Source of the DNA: a virus
Taxonomy: Duplodnaviria; Caudoviricetes
Direction: 5' to 3' (one strand)
IMG/VR virus record: IMGVR_UViG_3300005662_000036
Location: 8,888-72,887 of that record
DNA: 64,000 nucleotides
The position numbers and the translations under genes are program-made. The notes below the pieces were generated by a model. That model had not been told where the DNA came from. It saw only the letters and a program-made list of their open reading frames with translations, and did no database searches. Shown here piece by piece: positions 38,308-48,973 of the stretch; position 1 is the stretch's first letter; every line of letters begins with the position of its first letter.

Positions 38308-38365
38308 TTTATTTATGCAAACAACTCGAAAATTTCAAAACAAAAAAATCTCAAGCATAAATAAA
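38308..38365. promoter_or_regulatory. back-to-back late-type promoter pair (11-nt inverted repeat GCATAAATAAA)
   Basis: tttatttatgc (38308-38318) and gcataaataaa (38355-38365) precede the divergent starts 38303 and 38369. Confidence 0.6.
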
Positions 38366-38368
38366 TTT

Positions 38369-38851
38369 ATGGCGATTAAGATACCTGCTTTGCAAAAAAT
38401 TGCAGACGACATTACTACGAAGAAATTTATTTTTAAAGATCTGCATTTAGACATCAAAATGCAAGAGATTTTTGAAAAAACACTTCAAAAAAAAGTACAA
38501 AGCAATGATATACAAGTAGACATTAACGAGAGAGCAATAAAAAACTCATTAAGAAATTTATTAACCACAAAACCAGGACAAAGGTTTTTGTTTCCTGAGT
38601 ATGGTGTAGAATTGGAAGAATTTTTATTTGAAGCAATAACACAAGAAAACGGACAATTGATTGGCGAAAAAATAGTCACTGCAATAAAACAATATGAGCC
38701 TAGAATACGAGTTCAAACTTGTCAAGTAGTAGCAAGTCCCGACGAAAACCAATATGATATTACTATTATTATTTCAATGCCTGCATTTAGTTCAACAGTA
38801 TCCATAAATACGTTATTAAATACTAAAACGCAATCTTTTTCTTTTGTTTAA
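38369..38851 (+). CDS. gp25: baseplate wedge subunit
   Basis: 'AIKNSLRNLLTTKPGQRFLFPEYG', 'IKQYEPRI'; ATG 38369 preferred. Confidence 0.92.
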   Translation: MAIKIPALQKIADDITTKKFIFKDLHLDIKMQEIFEKTLQKKVQSNDIQVDINERAIKNSLRNLLTTKPGQRFLFPEYGVELEEFLFEAITQENGQLIGEKIVTAIKQYEPRIRVQTCQVVASPDENQYDITIIISMPAFSSTVSINTLLNTKTQSFSFV

Positions 38852-38866
38852 AATTAAAGTAATAAA

Positions 38867-40708
38867 ATGGAACAAAACTATATCAACACACAACAACCAC
38901 TAGACAAAACAGGCTATGTGGCTTTTGATGCAATTAGTTTGAGGAATTTAATTGTTGACAGACTCAATGAACAAGGAGTTTTTACAGATCAAAATTATAT
39001 CGGCTCAAACTTAGCTGGTATTATTGATATTATTTCATATGCATTTAACACCTTGATGTTTTATTTAAACAAAACGAGTAACGAGTCCATTTTTACAGAG
39101 GCCCAGTTGTACGAAAATATAACAAGAATCGTTAAGCTGCTAGATTATAAACCTATAGGGTATCAAACTTCAACTTTATCGTTTGAAGTTTCAGCAAACG
39201 TAAAGCAAGCTTCTGATGTTTCGTATAATCCAGATTCGGATTTTCTAGTCGGGCAATTCTATACAATTCCGAGGTATTCGTATATTCTTATAGGCGGATT
39301 GCCCTTTAGTTTTGTTGAAGATATAACGTTTTCTCCTAGATCGGTTGGTATTGACAAACTTACAGATCTTTCTAATAGAAAGCTATTATTTCAGGGTTCG
39401 TTTAGAGAAAACCCTTTGTATGTATCACAAGGAGAAGAAAACGAAATAGTTACAATTGTTTCCTCTAATTTTTATATAGATCATTTTAATATAGACGTGT
39501 ATGTGTTTGAACAAAAACAACAAGCATGGATTCAATACAAAAACGTACCAAGTCTTTACACAGAGCGTGCTTTTTCGAGGTCTTTTGAAAAAAGACTTAA
39601 TGCTGAAAAATTATACGATATCACATTTGGAGACGGGATCAACGGAAGAAAACTAGAAGAAGGAGATGTAGTAGCTATTTATTTTCTAGAAAGTTCTGGA
39701 GAAAACGGAGTAATTGGACCTAATGTGTTATCTTCGGCTACTGGGTTTGTGTTTTCCACAAAAAATTTCGATCAAATTATTAATTCTTTAAATTTTGATG
39801 GTGCAAACTACATTGTTCCTGCTCAGTTCAATAACTTCAAATTCAATAACGTTGCAGGATCAACTGTACCCAAAGATATCGAAACATCAGACAGTATAAG
39901 AAAAAACGCTCCGTTGAATTTTAAAAGCCAATATAGACTTGTTACTAAAAGTGATTATTCGAATTTTATTAAAACAAACTTCGATAATTTTATTAATGAC
40001 GTTGTTGTCTTTTCGAATTGGGATTACACCGGAAAATATCTAAAATATTTTAATGACATGCAGGTGTCTCCGATGAAATTCCGTCAAATAACACTCAATC
40101 AAGTGCTGTATTCTGACAGTTGCAATTTTAATAATATTTATATATGTGCTGTTCCTCGAGTTTCCCCAGGTTCATCCCTTAAATATTTGCTTCCGGCTCA
40201 AAAAGAAGCAATACTTTCTAATATGTCTTCTGTAAAAACCATGACATCCGAAGTTGTGTTTTTAGATCCGATTTATAAAGCTATTTCTTTTGGTGTTCGA
40301 TCTACTAGGGAGATTAACGTGAGTAGTCGAGCAACAACCTTTTTAAATGTATTCAAGCATGTTAATAGCAAGCGGAATTCGTTTTCAATTGCAAATGATG
40401 TTAAAAAAGCATTCGAGCAGTTTTTTAGTCCAGTTGATGCTAAAATTGGACGAAAATTAGGATATTCTTCTTTAATTAGTTCAATCTTAAGTATTGATGG
40501 GGTAGATAAAATTCAAACAAAACGAACAGACACAGGAGAAGTATACGATGGTTTGTCGTTGTATATGTGGAATCCTGTATTTTCTGATATAGATAAACAA
40601 ATAGTAACTAACGATCTTGCAATGAGAGAGTTTGAATTTTTTTACTTCGATCAACTACAAACTATAGCATCAAAAATTATTATTGTAGAAGATGCTATGT
40701 ATAACTAA
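38867..40708 (+). CDS. gp6: baseplate wedge subunit
   Basis: 'DQNYIGSNLAGIIDIISY', 'EAQLYEN', 'LLDYKP', 'YDITFGDGINGRKL', 'RLVTKSDY'; follows gp25. Confidence 0.9.
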   Translation: MEQNYINTQQPLDKTGYVAFDAISLRNLIVDRLNEQGVFTDQNYIGSNLAGIIDIISYAFNTLMFYLNKTSNESIFTEAQLYENITRIVKLLDYKPIGYQTSTLSFEVSANVKQASDVSYNPDSDFLVGQFYTIPRYSYILIGGLPFSFVEDITFSPRSVGIDKLTDLSNRKLLFQGSFRENPLYVSQGEENEIVTIVSSNFYIDHFNIDVYVFEQKQQAWIQYKNVPSLYTERAFSRSFEKRLNAEKLYDITFGDGINGRKLEEGDVVAIYFLESSGENGVIGPNVLSSATGFVFSTKNFDQIINSLNFDGANYIVPAQFNNFKFNNVAGSTVPKDIETSDSIRKNAPLNFKSQYRLVTKSDYSNFIKTNFDNFINDVVVFSNWDYTGKYLKYFNDMQVSPMKFRQITLNQVLYSDSCNFNNIYICAVPRVSPGSSLKYLLPAQKEAILSNMSSVKTMTSEVVFLDPIYKAISFGVRSTREINVSSRATTFLNVFKHVNSKRNSFSIANDVKKAFEQFFSPVDAKIGRKLGYSSLISSILSIDGVDKIQTKRTDTGEVYDGLSLYMWNPVFSDIDKQIVTNDLAMREFEFFYFDQLQTIASKIIIVEDAMYN

Positions 40709-40711
40709 CAA

Positions 40712-43700
40712 ATGCAATCACCAAGTCAATTTTCAATTTCTCCACAAACTAAAATAGGAGAAGCGTATTTAACAGAATTTGAAGTTGGAGCGTATTTTTC
40801 AAATTTTTACAAAAAATTCACTTGGGATTTTGGAGATGGCACCTTTGTTTATGATGTATCTGGTTTTAAGCATATCTACGACTTTCCTGGCATATATACT
40901 ATTAGGCTATCAGCGTGGTCATCAGAAGGATTCTTAGTTTCTGATTATACTCAAGTTAAAGTAGAGTTTGCGTATGTAGATGATGTATTTTTTGCTAAAA
41001 CTCCAAGCAATTATGGTATTGCTGGACTACCGACACCAGAACCATTTGTTTTAAATGTAATTTCAAGTAAAATTAACGAGCCGGTTTCTTTAGTTTTCCA
41101 GGCTCAAAACACAAAATCCGTACCCTATGAGTCAGTTAGTCCAAAATGGAGACACATCACTCCTCATTGGAGATTTGTTGATGCTGATACAAATAAAATA
41201 ATACAAAACCCACACGTTGTGCAAACAACTCCTATAGTAAAAAACGGGACAACCGTTGCTGTGTCTGGTACTGTGTCTTTTTATTATATTGATGACCTCT
41301 CAACCATTACAAATAACAATCAAGAAACTAGCTGTCCTTTATTACTTTCGGTGACATTGAGCTCGTTGAATTTTACGTATCCGCTCGAGTCTACAAAATT
41401 TCCATATCACAGCTATGCAAATAGTGATATAACGAAGGCTAACATTTCTTGGCAAATAAACGACGTAATTCCAACTCAATTAAAAGTTTCAGAAAACTAC
41501 CTTTCTGAGATTTATCCGTTTAAGTGGTCAACGGTTCCAATTCCAGTCATGATTAATTCCATGTTTAATCCTAAAGATTTAGCTGGATTTACAAATTCAT
41601 CTTTAAGCGGAACTTGTAATGTGTTATCTTATCCTAAAACAAATTATTTGGGGTCGTTAAATTCAGTAAAATTAGTATTATCTGCAGAAGGTGGAGCTGT
41701 TATTCCTAGTGATTTGTATACAGTAGAAGTTGAAGGAGTTTCTTATCATCCATTATCCGCTCCTTTGTTTTTTAAAAGAGAAGACAGCTTTAAAAATCTT
41801 CTTTGTGGTTATGTATTTACTACTTTGACTCCTTTAACTTCTTTTGACACGAATTTAGTAATTGCAGTTAGTACCGTGGCGGTCAACCAACTTTCTTCGA
41901 CTAGTTCGTTCGGACTTCCAACCGGAATACCAATCAATTCCAATGTTTATATTTCTAATCCCTCTTGCGGTTCGATAAGCAAAATCAACAGCGTTCTATA
42001 TACTCAAGATCAATGCTCGAATATTGCACATTATGATAAGTCAGAATCTTTATCATATACAAATCAAACAGTTTTTTCCGTTCCAATTTTACAAGAAGAA
42101 AATTTGTTTGTTTCTACATTGTCAGGAGAATCCGAAGTGTATGGAATGTCATATGATCCAATTAGAAATCGGTTATACGCAGCAGATGTTGATCAAGATA
42201 CCATATTAATATTTAACGATAACAATATATTGTTGAATACAATTCAACTGTCTTCTTACACTAACTCCATTTATAATTCACCAGCTTTTATTGCTATAGA
42301 TAGTGTCGGTTCTTTTTGGGTGTCTCTTTATAACAACCAAAGATTATTAAAGTTCGATTCAAATCTAAATTTTTTAGTTTCCGCCGTACCTTCTTCTACC
42401 GTAAGTTTGGAAGCTAGTGCTTTTGGAAGCTTTTTAATAAGTCCTCCCTTTGTTGAAGTTGATATACAAGGAAACGTGTGGGCTTGTTACTCTCATCCTT
42501 TAAGCAGCATGTTAGTAAAATTTGATGGAAATACTGGAAATGAGCTATTCAAGGTGAATAATTTTTCAGTTTCAAGTGTTCCGGTTGCTCTAGGTATTGA
42601 TGTGAGTAATAACGTTTGGGTTGCGTGTTATGATTCGAATGTTGTGCAATGCTATGAATCTCTTACTGGAGTTCTATTGTATGAAGTATCTCAGATATAT
42701 CATCCAAGTTACTTGTCATTAGACAGACAAAGCCGGGTATGGTTCACACACGGCTATGATCTTTTAAGTGTGTTCGATTCAACGACAAATGTATTAAAAA
42801 CGTGGAAATATAATGCTTCGTCTAGAGATTTGGCTTCTAAAACAAACACTTACAACTCGGTTGATATACATGCAGCATTAACCGAAAATGAAATCTGGGG
42901 AGGATTAGCTGTTGATGCATACGATAAAATTTGGGCAATTGATTCGGATAATAACGTAGCTTTAGTTTTTTCAGCAGACGATCCAGAAAATACATGTATA
43001 ACCATTGACGTGTTACCTAGACCAACTTTAAATCCGGTTATTATTGGTAGTTCGTCTTCAACTGTAACACTACTAAAAGTAAGATCTGCTCAAGCATCAG
43101 GCGATTGGACAGGAAATCGCTGGCTGCAAAAATTTGGAAACGCGTCTAATCAACTCGAAATTAGAGGTGTGTCTTCTCCGTTTAAAATTCACGATATAAA
43201 TGCTTCTTATAATATTACAAAAGTTAATGAGGAATTTGATATGGGAGAATATCTGCATTCTCTTGCTTTGCCAGAAGCATTGAATAATAATACAGAACTT
43301 TTTGAAAATTTTTTGCCTGCAATAGTTGGAAATTCTAACCCAACTAAAGAGAGCATGGGGAGAATTGCTTACGAAAAAATAGCTAACTTTATTGACTCGC
43401 ATGCAGATCTCAACACAGCAAGCATTAAGCAGCTTTTATCATTTGCTGAACAAATGTCTGTTGAGACCAACGGATATGGAGTAGATTTTCCGATAGAAAT
43501 TCTTAGGTTATTGGATTTGTTTTCTGTTGACAAGTTTTATTTAAGAGGCAGAAAGAATATAAATAAAGATTTTTTAAGTAAAGTTGGAGAAGAACTAACT
43601 CTTTCATCTATTATTAGTGCTGGTCAATATATTGTATTGAGAGATCGTCTTTATCAAAATTACAATTTAGTGTTTGTAACTGAATTGACAGGAAACGTGT

Positions 43701-43963
43701 CTTGTTATCCACTCTCTAGTCTAGCTGTAAATGGAGCTAGAGAACCTTTGCTTGTTAACTATGATTTTTACGAGTATGTAAACGTAAGCGATGGATATAA
43801 ATTTAACATAATTAACTGGGACTCTGAATTTACTAACTTTGATGGATTAACGGGAACTGACTTTTTTAATTTAACTTCTCAATCTGATTGGTATGGAGAG
43901 AACGGATTAGTTGAAATTATGTTTAATAATTTAATTACAAAGAGACTTTTCGATAAAATTTAA
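40712..43963 (+). CDS. baseplate wedge gp7/P2-gpI-like protein with PKD and beta-propeller domains
   Basis: N-terminal PKD 'FTWDFGDG...HIYDFPGIYTIRL'; Vgb/NHL-like blades 'IAIDSVGSFWV','LGIDVSNNVWV'; C-terminal 'DLNTASIKQLLSFAEQM...FP...LRLL'; follows gp6. Confidence 0.55.
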   Translation: MQSPSQFSISPQTKIGEAYLTEFEVGAYFSNFYKKFTWDFGDGTFVYDVSGFKHIYDFPGIYTIRLSAWSSEGFLVSDYTQVKVEFAYVDDVFFAKTPSNYGIAGLPTPEPFVLNVISSKINEPVSLVFQAQNTKSVPYESVSPKWRHITPHWRFVDADTNKIIQNPHVVQTTPIVKNGTTVAVSGTVSFYYIDDLSTITNNNQETSCPLLLSVTLSSLNFTYPLESTKFPYHSYANSDITKANISWQINDVIPTQLKVSENYLSEIYPFKWSTVPIPVMINSMFNPKDLAGFTNSSLSGTCNVLSYPKTNYLGSLNSVKLVLSAEGGAVIPSDLYTVEVEGVSYHPLSAPLFFKREDSFKNLLCGYVFTTLTPLTSFDTNLVIAVSTVAVNQLSSTSSFGLPTGIPINSNVYISNPSCGSISKINSVLYTQDQCSNIAHYDKSESLSYTNQTVFSVPILQEENLFVSTLSGESEVYGMSYDPIRNRLYAADVDQDTILIFNDNNILLNTIQLSSYTNSIYNSPAFIAIDSVGSFWVSLYNNQRLLKFDSNLNFLVSAVPSSTVSLEASAFGSFLISPPFVEVDIQGNVWACYSHPLSSMLVKFDGNTGNELFKVNNFSVSSVPVALGIDVSNNVWVACYDSNVVQCYESLTGVLLYEVSQIYHPSYLSLDRQSRVWFTHGYDLLSVFDSTTNVLKTWKYNASSRDLASKTNTYNSVDIHAALTENEIWGGLAVDAYDKIWAIDSDNNVALVFSADDPENTCITIDVLPRPTLNPVIIGSSSSTVTLLKVRSAQASGDWTGNRWLQKFGNASNQLEIRGVSSPFKIHDINASYNITKVNEEFDMGEYLHSLALPEALNNNTELFENFLPAIVGNSNPTKESMGRIAYEKIANFIDSHADLNTASIKQLLSFAEQMSVETNGYGVDFPIEILRLLDLFSVDKFYLRGRKNINKDFLSKVGEELTLSSIISAGQYIVLRDRLYQNYNLVFVTELTGNVSCYPLSSLAVNGAREPLLVNYDFYEYVNVSDGYKFNIINWDSEFTNFDGLTGTDFFNLTSQSDWYGENGLVEIMFNNLITKRLFDKI

Positions 43964-43985
43964 AGTTTGTTTCTTGGTACTTGGA

Positions 43986-43993
43986 TATAAATA
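43986..43993 (+). promoter_or_regulatory. T4-type late promoter TATAAATA
   Basis: Exact T4 late consensus, 6 nt before the GTG start at 44000. Confidence 0.6.
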
Positions 43994-43999
43994 ATCCAA

Positions 44000-46900
44000 G
44001 TGGAATCTGTTTATCTCAATCAATTCATAAATTACAATAAAGAAGAGCAGCAAATCGATACAAACGAACCTTTGTCTTTTTTAGAATGGAAAAGACAAAA
44101 ACCAGACTTAATCGAAAAGCAAGCTGCTGCTCATTATAATTTGTATGTGATAAATTGGTTTCAAAACAATAAACGAAAACCACTTTCAACTAAGTTTTTA
44201 TTAAAACAAAAATATTTGTACTTGTTATTTCAGCTTCATGTTTTTTTTACAGAAGAAGAAAAACAAATATGGTATAACAAAATCAATTTTGCTGACGAAA
44301 GAGAATTGTTAATTTCTATACCGTTCTTTGCTCGTAAATTAAAACAAATTGCTTTATATTATTTACATTTACGTAAAAAACTTAAAAACACCAAATTAAA
44401 ATATAATCTTGCTGGTACTTCTTTTGGATTAGAACAAGAAATATACAATTTGTTTATTAGAACCTTTACTGATTTTAATAACGAAGCTCTTCCTAATTTA
44501 TTAGAAACGTTACCTTCTCTTTCAGGTATAAGAGATTCTTTAGTTGTACAAATCGAAGATATTTACGATGACGTAGATTATTTTGACAAATCAACAACTA
44601 TTCCTATTTCAGGATATTACAATTTATTTCATGCAGCCACTGAAAAGTTTTATCAAACTAAAGGAATCACTCTTTCTTCTTCTGAGTGGGTATTTTCAGC
44701 ACTGAATGCTTCTTCCTCAGATTCGGTTGACTTGTTTGTCAGCCAATTGACTGGAGCGTTTTTAGAAGTTACTTCAGCTCTAGAATACGAAGAGTTTATC
44801 AAAAATTTTATTGCTGAAAATAAATTTTTAACATCGTTTGTAAAAACCTCAGCTTCTCCGGACGTAATTACGATTGATATACAGCAAGGAAACAACGCTT
44901 TTTATTATCCGTACGGCTTCGTAGATCCTAGTATTTTATTTGAACGGCAAATAGTACCTGTTGCATTGAGTTCTATTACGCTGGAAGGTGCCACCGCAGG
45001 AAATAACCTCGAAACGTCAGATACCATCTTTATTAAAAACGGAAACGAAGTCAGTGGAGCTTGGCTTTATTACAAACAATATGAAGACGTAACTGAAAAT
45101 TTAAGAGCGTCTTTTGCTCAGAATGCAACTACTACTTTTGTTTTTCCGTTTCCCGGATACGGTTTGTCTGGTGAAGATCTCCCTTGGACTGGCAGAAGCG
45201 TAAAGTATACTCCAGGATTTAATTTTTTGACAAACGAAATGAAAACGTTAGTCAACAAAGAATATTGGACTTCACCTTTAGAAAATTCTAACATAGAGCC
45301 AATTTTGCTGAATAACACAACGCTTATAAGTCAAAAAGCTACAGCAAACACAAATCCCAAATTTGCGGATCAAATAACAACATCTTTATGGAACGTTACA
45401 AATAATTTACTTCCTGCTGTTGACACAAATGGTTCGTGGTTATACAAATTTCTTAAAACTGCATGGCCAATAGGAAAAAAGTCTCCAAACGTTTTTTTAT
45501 GGCCTTATCATATTGTTGATCCCGAACAAGACGACATGTCTTATCTTTACAGTCAAATTTACATGAAAGATGTTTGTGACACTGTAAAGCTCAGCACATT
45601 GAATTTTTCGTTTGCTATTGCTGCTTCTTCTATTGAATTCGCTGACAAAATTTATAAGTTGCACAATTTTTCTGATGTTATTTCTCAAGCAACAGAATGC
45701 TGTTGGTTGTCTTCTTGTACAACCACTTTCAACGCAACAAAATATAAAACTTTTGGACAAAACGGTTTTTCTGCTTTGTTTGATTCGGAAAAGACAACGA
45801 GGTTTCTGTGGACCGGACCTACAACCGACTTAAGCGCGGTATTTGTTCCCAATATTACTCACAAGCCTGAGTGTTACTTCTCAACAGCAAATCTTTCTTT
45901 AACCTCTAATTTAGAATGGGAAAAGTGTTCTTGCAAGCAAGTATATTACAGCCCTTTTGGACATCCAGGAAAAACTTTTGAAGAAAATAATGGTTTTGCG
46001 GATTTTATAGCAAAGGATGCAACAAATAATTTATTTGAATTTGATTTTGACTCTTGGAGAAGTACTACTAATTCGAGGTTTTGGTCCTCTCCTGATGTTG
46101 CTTGGTATAAAACTAAAAAAACGATTGGGTGGGGTGGAGGCGAGTGGATATCAAACGTTCAATCAGGAGGAGCTCCTTTTAAATTAGAACCAGGTAAAAC
46201 CTATTTTTACCGAAGAGCTGGTTCGAGATTAAATTCAAGCAGCTTTCCAGCTTACTCAGTAAATTATGATTTTGGATCAAAGCAAGCTAGATGGATTACA
46301 GCAAAGCAAAACGATAGAGGAGAATGGGTTTCTTTTGGCGAGCCGTCTGCTATGAGTTTTAAACCTGGCGATTTTATAAAATATGAGAGAGCACAAAGTA
46401 CTCAGTGTTGGTTGATGTCATCTCGTTTGGTAGAAGAGCAAAGCACAAATTATGGAAGTAAATGGAGTACGTTTGATTACATAGCTTCAGGCTCAGCTTT
46501 AGGTACAACATATATTAGTTGGCCAATGGAAGACAATCAAATGCTTTCAGATCCACAACTTCCTCCAGTAACTTTTTTTGATGTTGAAAAAATATATTTT
46601 TGGGAAATTCAAAATTTGCAAAAACCTTGGCTAATTTCGAGATATTACAGCACGCAAGTTAATATAGATATACCAGGTATAACTGGATTTACTACAGCCA
46701 CTACTCAAACTGTTGTTAGTAATAAAATGTCTTTTGCTTTTACTCCACCAGAGACAGGAACATACAAAATCACAGTATCAGCATCTGCAAAAGGTGTTGG
46801 AGATTTTTCTTTTACTGACATACCTTTACTAACAGTAGTTCCTCCTTATAGAGAAGAAGAGCTGTTAGTTCCGTTTAATTTTCCTTCAAGCGGATTTTTG

Positions 46901-48973
46901 TTTGAAGAAACATTAACTGGTTGGAATTATAATACAAATAAAGCTAAACCAAAAGCTCTTGGAGCGAAACCCTATTGGGCAGATTTATATCTTGACAAAC
47001 AACTAGCTACTCGTTTTCGAGGAGTATTGTCGTGGGGATTTCCTTATAATTTTTTAGAAGATTATCTTCCTGATCATGCTCCTAGATTATCTTTATTACG
47101 TTTAAATTATGGAACAATAGTAAAATATAAAAGACAGGGGTATGACTTGATTTGGAGCCAGCCTTTTATTTTTAAAAATTATTCCGGCACTTCTATTTGG
47201 TGTCAAATATCCTCAATTACCACACCAACGTCTAATTTATCTGCATTGTTTAATACTAAACGTATAGATGAACTAAATGTAATTCCTACTAAACTACCGA
47301 CAGATATACTTTTGACCAATATCAAAAACAGTCTTCCGGTAGAAATTTATTACAACGCTCTTAACAGTTTTACATGGCCAATAACATCTGAAATACAGAT
47401 AGAAACAACAAACGAAAGCATTGAAACAGCATATGAATCACAAAATCCGTGGAATAATTTAAACAATCGGTTTTTTTCTACAATTGCGACGTTACCTGTA
47501 TTAGAAGATCTGTATTCTTTAGTAGATGTTGGTGGTTATTTTATTCCACAACATCTTGGTGCTTCTCAGTTTATCAATAAAGATTTTGAGCATTTTTTAA
47601 AAACCAACGATGCTTTTGAAAACGTTCTTGTAGAAGACACCAGCATTCATATAGGAGGCAGAGGAAGAACTAAACAAGATCAACCTACTATTTATGATTG
47701 GCAAGAACAAAACCAATGGATGAAAGAACCTCCGTCTGCAGGAGTTAAATCAGGAGCAGTTAAAAGCGAATGGACAAAAACACTGCAAACGTTTTTGCCG
47801 TATGAAGAAAATTCCGAAGAAGTTTCTTTAGGATTAGTTACCCCATGGAGCAAAAATTCCCCATGGGGAGGAAAAGAAGGGGATGAGTGGATTGATACAT
47901 TAAATCATCCAAAAAGTCTTACGGAAGTTCCTAACGTTTCAGCTTGGATTGACACACAAGTTCTTAAAAACAGCAATCAGATTGCTGATAATTGGATAAC
48001 AGATATTTTTGGAAACCAGTATGCTCTTTACAAACAACTAACTAATATTGCTGTTGGAAACGCACCTAAAAAAACAGGTGAGTTGTGGGTTAAAACAAAT
48101 TCAGGAAGAGTATTGCCAGCATATAAAGCTTTGTCTGCGGTATTTAATGCATTCAAGTACGAATCTTTTTACTCTGAGTTAACAGGAAATGGAATTAAAA
48201 CAGTTGACTGTTTTTTCGATACGATTTTATTTGAAACCGAAACATCTGTAGTACTATTTCAACTAGAGTATGATTACAACACAGAAGAAATAGGAATCAA
48301 TGTAGACAATACAATAATCGTTTCTGATTTGTACATTAAAAACTTACGTTTTGAACGTTCTTGGTTAACACCTAAAACCAAAACAATTGCTCTGCTGTTT
48401 ACTGATTTCAACTCCAGCTCTTTTATTCCAACCATATACACATTAAATTTAGCAAACAGAGTATACGCTAGATCGTTTCCCATTACTCTTCAAGATTATA
48501 CAGATATTTCGGCTGGATTATCTGGCATTTCGATTCATCAATTAGACAAAGCGGCATATTATTTTAATTCTTTACTACAAACCAGTTTAATAACGTACAA
48601 AGGTGTTGATAAATTTAATAAGCTATTCTTTGTTGATTTTGAAATCGAACATCAAGAAAACCTTATTTTAAAAACAATCAATCGATTTATTGATACAACG
48701 TATTTACTAGACGTTCAATTTCCTCCTATTGTGGATGAAATGTTTTTTGAACCAATTCCGGTTACTACAGGATTCCCGTTTGTCATTAGTGTCACAGCAT
48801 CAAACTCACCTTTGAATTATGAAATTTTAGGAACACCTCCATTTCCTATAACCGTTTCTCCAACTGGAATGTTTTCAGGGACTGTGTCTTTATCCGGACT
48901 ATATTATGTTAATTATAGAGTAATAAATCAGATTGGATATACTTCATATGGTTTGACAATAAATGCGACATGA
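44000..48973 (+). CDS. very large virion structural protein with C-terminal Ig-like (He_PIG-type) domain
   Basis: 1657 aa in the baseplate cluster; C-terminal 'TVSPTGMFSGT...GLYYVNYRVINQIG'. Confidence 0.65.
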   Translation: MESVYLNQFINYNKEEQQIDTNEPLSFLEWKRQKPDLIEKQAAAHYNLYVINWFQNNKRKPLSTKFLLKQKYLYLLFQLHVFFTEEEKQIWYNKINFADERELLISIPFFARKLKQIALYYLHLRKKLKNTKLKYNLAGTSFGLEQEIYNLFIRTFTDFNNEALPNLLETLPSLSGIRDSLVVQIEDIYDDVDYFDKSTTIPISGYYNLFHAATEKFYQTKGITLSSSEWVFSALNASSSDSVDLFVSQLTGAFLEVTSALEYEEFIKNFIAENKFLTSFVKTSASPDVITIDIQQGNNAFYYPYGFVDPSILFERQIVPVALSSITLEGATAGNNLETSDTIFIKNGNEVSGAWLYYKQYEDVTENLRASFAQNATTTFVFPFPGYGLSGEDLPWTGRSVKYTPGFNFLTNEMKTLVNKEYWTSPLENSNIEPILLNNTTLISQKATANTNPKFADQITTSLWNVTNNLLPAVDTNGSWLYKFLKTAWPIGKKSPNVFLWPYHIVDPEQDDMSYLYSQIYMKDVCDTVKLSTLNFSFAIAASSIEFADKIYKLHNFSDVISQATECCWLSSCTTTFNATKYKTFGQNGFSALFDSEKTTRFLWTGPTTDLSAVFVPNITHKPECYFSTANLSLTSNLEWEKCSCKQVYYSPFGHPGKTFEENNGFADFIAKDATNNLFEFDFDSWRSTTNSRFWSSPDVAWYKTKKTIGWGGGEWISNVQSGGAPFKLEPGKTYFYRRAGSRLNSSSFPAYSVNYDFGSKQARWITAKQNDRGEWVSFGEPSAMSFKPGDFIKYERAQSTQCWLMSSRLVEEQSTNYGSKWSTFDYIASGSALGTTYISWPMEDNQMLSDPQLPPVTFFDVEKIYFWEIQNLQKPWLISRYYSTQVNIDIPGITGFTTATTQTVVSNKMSFAFTPPETGTYKITVSASAKGVGDFSFTDIPLLTVVPPYREEELLVPFNFPSSGFLFEETLTGWNYNTNKAKPKALGAKPYWADLYLDKQLATRFRGVLSWGFPYNFLEDYLPDHAPRLSLLRLNYGTIVKYKRQGYDLIWSQPFIFKNYSGTSIWCQISSITTPTSNLSALFNTKRIDELNVIPTKLPTDILLTNIKNSLPVEIYYNALNSFTWPITSEIQIETTNESIETAYESQNPWNNLNNRFFSTIATLPVLEDLYSLVDVGGYFIPQHLGASQFINKDFEHFLKTNDAFENVLVEDTSIHIGGRGRTKQDQPTIYDWQEQNQWMKEPPSAGVKSGAVKSEWTKTLQTFLPYEENSEEVSLGLVTPWSKNSPWGGKEGDEWIDTLNHPKSLTEVPNVSAWIDTQVLKNSNQIADNWITDIFGNQYALYKQLTNIAVGNAPKKTGELWVKTNSGRVLPAYKALSAVFNAFKYESFYSELTGNGIKTVDCFFDTILFETETSVVLFQLEYDYNTEEIGINVDNTIIVSDLYIKNLRFERSWLTPKTKTIALLFTDFNSSSFIPTIYTLNLANRVYARSFPITLQDYTDISAGLSGISIHQLDKAAYYFNSLLQTSLITYKGVDKFNKLFFVDFEIEHQENLILKTINRFIDTTYLLDVQFPPIVDEMFFEPIPVTTGFPFVISVTASNSPLNYEILGTPPFPITVSPTGMFSGTVSLSGLYYVNYRVINQIGYTSYGLTINAT

